The notes under the pieces are model-generated. The model made no database searches and was not told the DNA's origin. It saw only the letters and a program-made list of their open reading frames with translations. From NCBI GenBank assembly GCA_963724555.1, contig CAVRVE010000014.1, positions 2,308-66,307 of the forward strand: a stretch of 64,000 bases of DNA. Direction: 5' to 3'. The stretch is from an uncultured Acidobacteriota bacterium (lineage in GTDB: Bacteria > Acidobacteriota > Vicinamibacteria > Fen-336). Position 1 is the stretch's first letter. Every line of letters begins with the position of its first letter. Of this stretch, positions 60,612 to 64,000 are shown piece after piece. The position numbers and the translations under genes were made by a program.

Positions 60612-61760
60612 ATGGCCCAGCGCCGTGCTCTCGTACCGTCGCTCCTCGCCGTCCTCGCCGGTCTCACTCTCGGAGGCGCCATGAACGCGAACGCCGCGAC
60701 CCGCATCGAGCGCCGGCCGTATGGAAAGACGGCGAGCGGCGAAGCGGTCGAGCTCTTCACGCTGTCGCGGGCGAACGCGCCCGCCGTGGCGATCACGAAC
60801 TTCGGCGGCTTCATCGTCTCGATCGTCGCGCCCGACCGGACGGGCGCGCGCGCGGACGTGACGCTCGGCTACAAGGACTTCGCGGGATACCTCGGCGACA
60901 AGTCGTACTTCGGCTGCCTGGTCGGCCGCTACGCCAACCGCATCGCGAAGGCCGGCTTCACGCTCGACGACAAGCGCTACACGCTCGCGGCCAACGACGG
61001 CCCGAACACCCTGCACAGCGGCCCGGACGGCTTCTGCCGCCAGCTCTGGACCCCCGACGTCGTCTCGGGCAAGGACGGCGAGGCGCTCCAGCTCACCTAC
61101 GTGAGCCCCGCCGGCGAGGGTGGCTTCCCCGGGACGCTGACGACGAAGGTCGTCTATTCGCTGCGCGAGGACGGCGGGCTCGTGATCGACTACTCGGCCA
61201 CCACCGACGCGCCCACGGTCGTGAACCTGACGAACCACGCGTACTTCAACCTGGCCGGCGAAGGCGAGGGGACGATCCTCGACCACGAGCTGCAGCTCGA
61301 GTCCGACGCCTTCACGCCGACCGACGAGCGGCTGATCCCGACCGGCGAGCTGCGGCCGGTCGCGGGGACGCCGTTCGACTTCCGCAAGCCCGTCGCGATC
61401 GGCGCGCGCATCGATGCGGCCGACGAGCAGATCAAGGTCGGCCACGGCTACGACCACAACTTCGTGGTGCGCGGCGCGCCGGGCACGCTGCGGCTGGCCG
61501 CGCGCGTCGTCGACAGGAAGAGCGGCCGCGTGCTCGAGACGTTCACGACCGAGCCGGGGATCCAGTTCTACACGGGCAACTTCATGGATGGGCAGACGAC
61601 CGGCAAGTCCGGCAAGCCCTACGTGCGTCGCGGGGCCTTCTGTCTCGAGACGCAGCACTACCCGGACTCGCCGAACCAGCCCGCGTTCCCCTCGGCCGTG
61701 CTGCGTCCAGGGCGGATCTACCGGCAGACGACCGTCTACAAGCTGAGCGTCCTGAAGTAG
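60612..61760 (+). CDS. galM: Secreted aldose 1-epimerase (galactose mutarotase)
   Basis: GGAGG ribosome-binding site. Signal LLAVLAGLTLGGAMNANA. Motifs GRYANRI, NTLHSGPDGF, NLTNHAYFNL, FCLETQHYPDSPN. Confidence 0.9.
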   Translation: MAQRRALVPSLLAVLAGLTLGGAMNANAATRIERRPYGKTASGEAVELFTLSRANAPAVAITNFGGFIVSIVAPDRTGARADVTLGYKDFAGYLGDKSYFGCLVGRYANRIAKAGFTLDDKRYTLAANDGPNTLHSGPDGFCRQLWTPDVVSGKDGEALQLTYVSPAGEGGFPGTLTTKVVYSLREDGGLVIDYSATTDAPTVVNLTNHAYFNLAGEGEGTILDHELQLESDAFTPTDERLIPTGELRPVAGTPFDFRKPVAIGARIDAADEQIKVGHGYDHNFVVRGAPGTLRLAARVVDRKSGRVLETFTTEPGIQFYTGNFMDGQTTGKSGKPYVRRGAFCLETQHYPDSPNQPAFPSAVLRPGRIYRQTTVYKLSVLK

Positions 61761-62046
61761 CCTCCGGCCGGCGCGCTAGGGTTCGCGTTCGCCTCCGGCC
61801 GGGGTCGCGCGGCTTCGGACCCCGCGCGTCGTCCGGGTACTCCGGGCGGCGCGCCTCGGCCTTCTTCTGCACGATCAGGTCGAGCGCGCGCTGCTTGTCC
61901 TTGTTCTGCCACTCGTAGAGCGCGCCCACCACGCCGCCCCGATACGACCCGCCGTGCCGGCGCGCGCGGCGCGAGAGCAGGATCAGCACGACGAGCAGGA
62001 GCGCCCCCGCGGTCCAGACGAGGTCGGCGATCGGCGCCGTGTTCAT
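61582..62046 (-). CDS. Small membrane protein, hypothetical; 3' end uncertain
   Basis: MNTAPIADLVWTAGALLLVVLILLS TM segment followed by a basic region. The tail overlaps the galM 3' end and looks shadow-like, so the true stop may differ. Confidence 0.35.
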   Translation of the reverse strand: MNTAPIADLVWTAGALLLVVLILLSRRARRHGGSYRGGVVGALYEWQNKDKQRALDLIVQKKAEARRPEYPDDARGPKPRDPGRRRTRTLARRPEATSGRSACRRSSAGRSALDAARPRGTRAGSASPGSAASRDRRPRDARRACRTCRSSAHP

Positions 62047-62083
62047 GAGGGGCTCCCGGGACACGATAGGTTAGCATCGGCGC

Positions 62084-63016
62084 GTGGATCTGGCAGCGGC
62101 GCTGCGCCAGCGGCTCGGGCGCGAGCGGGTGCGCGAGCACGAGCCGCTCGCGCCGTTCACCACGCTGCGTGTCGGCGGGCCCGCCGACCTTCTCGCGGAG
62201 GTCAGGAGCGCCGACGAGGCGCTCGAGGTGGTGCGCCTCGCGCGCGAGGCGAGCGTGAAGGTCGCGTGGCTCGGGGGCGGGTCGAACCTGTTGGTCGCCG
62301 ATCGCGGCGTGCGGGGCCTGGTGGTGCGCTGGCACGGCGGCGCCTTGTCGTCTCCCGCGCCCGGCCGGGTGCGCGCCGAAGCGGGCGTGACGATCAACGG
62401 CCTCGTGCGCTACACGATCGGGCACGCCCTCGCGGGTGTGGCCGAGTGGGCCGGCACTCCGGGCACGGTCGGCGGCGCCGTGCACGGCAACGCCCACTTC
62501 CGCGGCCGCATGATCTCCGAGACGATCGTCTGCGTGCGCGTGGCGTCGCCGGACGGGGCGGTGGTCGACCTGCCGGAAGCCGAGATGGAGTTCGGCTACG
62601 ACCGGAGCCGGCTGCAGCGGACGGGCGAGGTGGCGCTCGCGGCCGATTTCCGCGTGACGGCCGGCGATCCCGCGGCGCTCCGCGACGAGGCACGGCGCTC
62701 GCTCGCCTTCCGGAAGAGCACGCAGCCGCTCGCGCTGCCGAGCGCCGGCTGCGTGTTCCAGAATCCCGACGCCTCCGTGCGGCTGCCGGCAGGCCTGCCC
62801 GCCTCCGCCGGGGCGCTCGTCGACGCGGCCGGGCTCAAGGGCGCGGCCTGCGGCGCGGCGCGCGTCTCGCCGGTCCACGCGAACTTCGTGGTGAACGAGG
62901 GGGGCGCGAGCGCGCGCGAGGTCGCGGCGCTGATCGACCGCATGCGCGAGGCCGTGGCCGAGCGCTTCGGCGTCACGCTCGAGGAGGAGATCGTGCGGGT
63001 GGGGGAGTTCGGCTGA
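62084..63016 (+). CDS. murB: UDP-N-acetylenolpyruvoylglucosamine reductase
   Basis: FTTLRVGGPA, GGGSNLLV, SAGCVFQNP, VSPVHANF. Confidence 0.9.
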   Translation: MDLAAALRQRLGRERVREHEPLAPFTTLRVGGPADLLAEVRSADEALEVVRLAREASVKVAWLGGGSNLLVADRGVRGLVVRWHGGALSSPAPGRVRAEAGVTINGLVRYTIGHALAGVAEWAGTPGTVGGAVHGNAHFRGRMISETIVCVRVASPDGAVVDLPEAEMEFGYDRSRLQRTGEVALAADFRVTAGDPAALRDEARRSLAFRKSTQPLALPSAGCVFQNPDASVRLPAGLPASAGALVDAAGLKGAACGAARVSPVHANFVVNEGGASAREVAALIDRMREAVAERFGVTLEEEIVRVGEFG

Positions 63017-64000
63017 TGGCGGCGCTGGTGGTGGAGGGCGGCCACGCGCTCTCGGGTGTCGTCACCGTGGAGGGCAACAAGAACGCCGCGCTCCCGATCC
63101 TGGCCGCGTGCCTGCTGACGCGCGAGCCGTGCGTGCTCGAGAACGTCCCGAGCATTCGCGACGTCCACGCGATGTGCCAGCTGCTCGAGGGGCTGGGCGC
63201 GCGCGTCGAGGGCGTCGGCACCGGCACCCTCACGGTGAGCTGCCCCGAGGTCCGGAGCACCGATCCCGACCCGTCGCTCGTCTCGCGCATCCGCGGCTCG
63301 GTGCTGCTGACGGCGCCGCTCCTGGCGCGCGCCGGCCGTGCGGGGCTCGGCGAGCCGGGAGGCGACTTCCCCGGCCGCCGCTCCGTGACGACGCACCGCC
63401 GCGCGCTCGCGGCGCTCGGCGCGCGTCCCGAAGCCGGCAACGCGCGGGCGCTCTGCGCTCCCGACGGGCTCGTGGGCGCCTCGTTCTACCTCGACGAGGC
63501 CTCGGTGACCGCGACGGAGACGGCTCTCATCGCGGCCGTCACCGCCTCGGGCTCGACCGAGATCCGCAACGCCGCGGGCGAGCCGCACGTGGCCGAGCTG
63601 GCGCGCTTCCTCCGGACGCCTCGGCGCGCGGATCGAAGGTGAGGGCACGAGCACGCTGCGCGTGACGGGAGTCGCAAGCCTCGCGGGCGGCCGGCACCGC
63701 ATCGACGGCGACTTCGTCGAGGCGGGGAGCTGGGCGGTCGCGGCGGCGGCGACCGGCGGGGAGGTGGAGATCTGCGGCGCCCGCGCGCTCGACCTCGAGC
63801 CGATCGTGGCCGTGCTGTCGCGCTTCGGCGTGAGCGCCACGCTCGAGGAGGGCCGCCTGCGGGTGCGCGCGTCGAGCCTCGAGGGCGCGGGCCGCGTGAC
63901 GACCGGAGTGTGGCCGGGCTTCCCGACCGACATGGTGAGCCTCGTGACCGTGCTCGCCACGCAGGCCCGCGGCAGCACGCTGGTCCACGACTGGCTCTAC
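63016..64000 (+). CDS. murA: UDP-N-acetylglucosamine 1-carboxyvinyltransferase, 3' end outside window; one frame change at about 63612
   Basis: ATG overlaps the murB stop (TGATG). Motifs VEGNKNAALPIL, ENVPSIRDV, IRGSVLLTAPLLAR, NAAGEPHV, PGFPTDM. Asp at the position of the E. coli Cys115. Confidence 0.85.

Noticed and set aside
59061-61658. 865-aa minus-strand ORF
   Set aside because: It runs antisense or out of frame across the methyltransferase, aminotransferase and galM genes. Shadow composition.

Overview
High-GC (about 70% by eye) bacterial chromosomal window holding about 55 protein-coding genes. I found no rRNA, tRNA, CRISPR array, transposase, integrase or prophage signal. Gene families point to a soil Acidobacteriota-like lineage, though Gemmatimonadota or Myxococcota cannot be excluded. 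The evidence is TIGR03436-like secreted VWA proteins, Hanks kinases fused to PD40/TolB propellers, a TonB-dependent receptor tail, and PEGA and DUF4388 domains; all family names here are recalled from memory.

Most long ORFs in the supplied track are Arg/Ala/Pro/Gly-rich shadow frames of real genes, as expected at this GC content.

Main observations:

1. **Clustered frame breaks.** Many obvious genes can only be reconstructed by switching reading frame, roughly 45-55 times by hand count. The breaks cluster at 1.2-2.6, 15.9-22.3, 32.1-34.9, 36.9-38.5 and 42.3-44.9 kb. Blocks of up to 9 kb elsewhere are clean. This means either uneven assembly or consensus quality, or real gene decay.
2. **Best candidate for an undescribed system.** A tightly packed, partly translationally coupled same-strand cluster at 23.5-28.7 kb encodes PspA/IM30, a membrane-anchored NitT/TauT-type substrate-binding protein fused to an OmpA-like peptidoglycan-binding domain, an ABC permease, an ABC ATPase and an unclassified two-TM coiled-coil protein. 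A Cache-HAMP-PP2C phosphatase and a secreted PPP-type phosphatase follow it.
3. **Dense phospho-signalling.** The window holds three Hanks kinases plus CX5R, PP2C and PPP phosphatases.
4. **A shared unnamed C-terminal domain.** One kinase and a PEGA protein 34 kb away carry it.
5. **An orphan AAA ATPase.** A classical-clade AAA ATPase with a long uncharacterised N-terminal region is flanked by decayed genes.
6. **Smaller items.** A duplicated gene fragment next to a 5'-truncated mprF remnant, a perfect 22-bp-arm palindrome, a queD-like/GH88-like/SDR/methyltransferase coupled cluster, and a MurA with Asp at the fosfomycin-target Cys position.

All family assignments come from motif reading only. 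No database search was possible.
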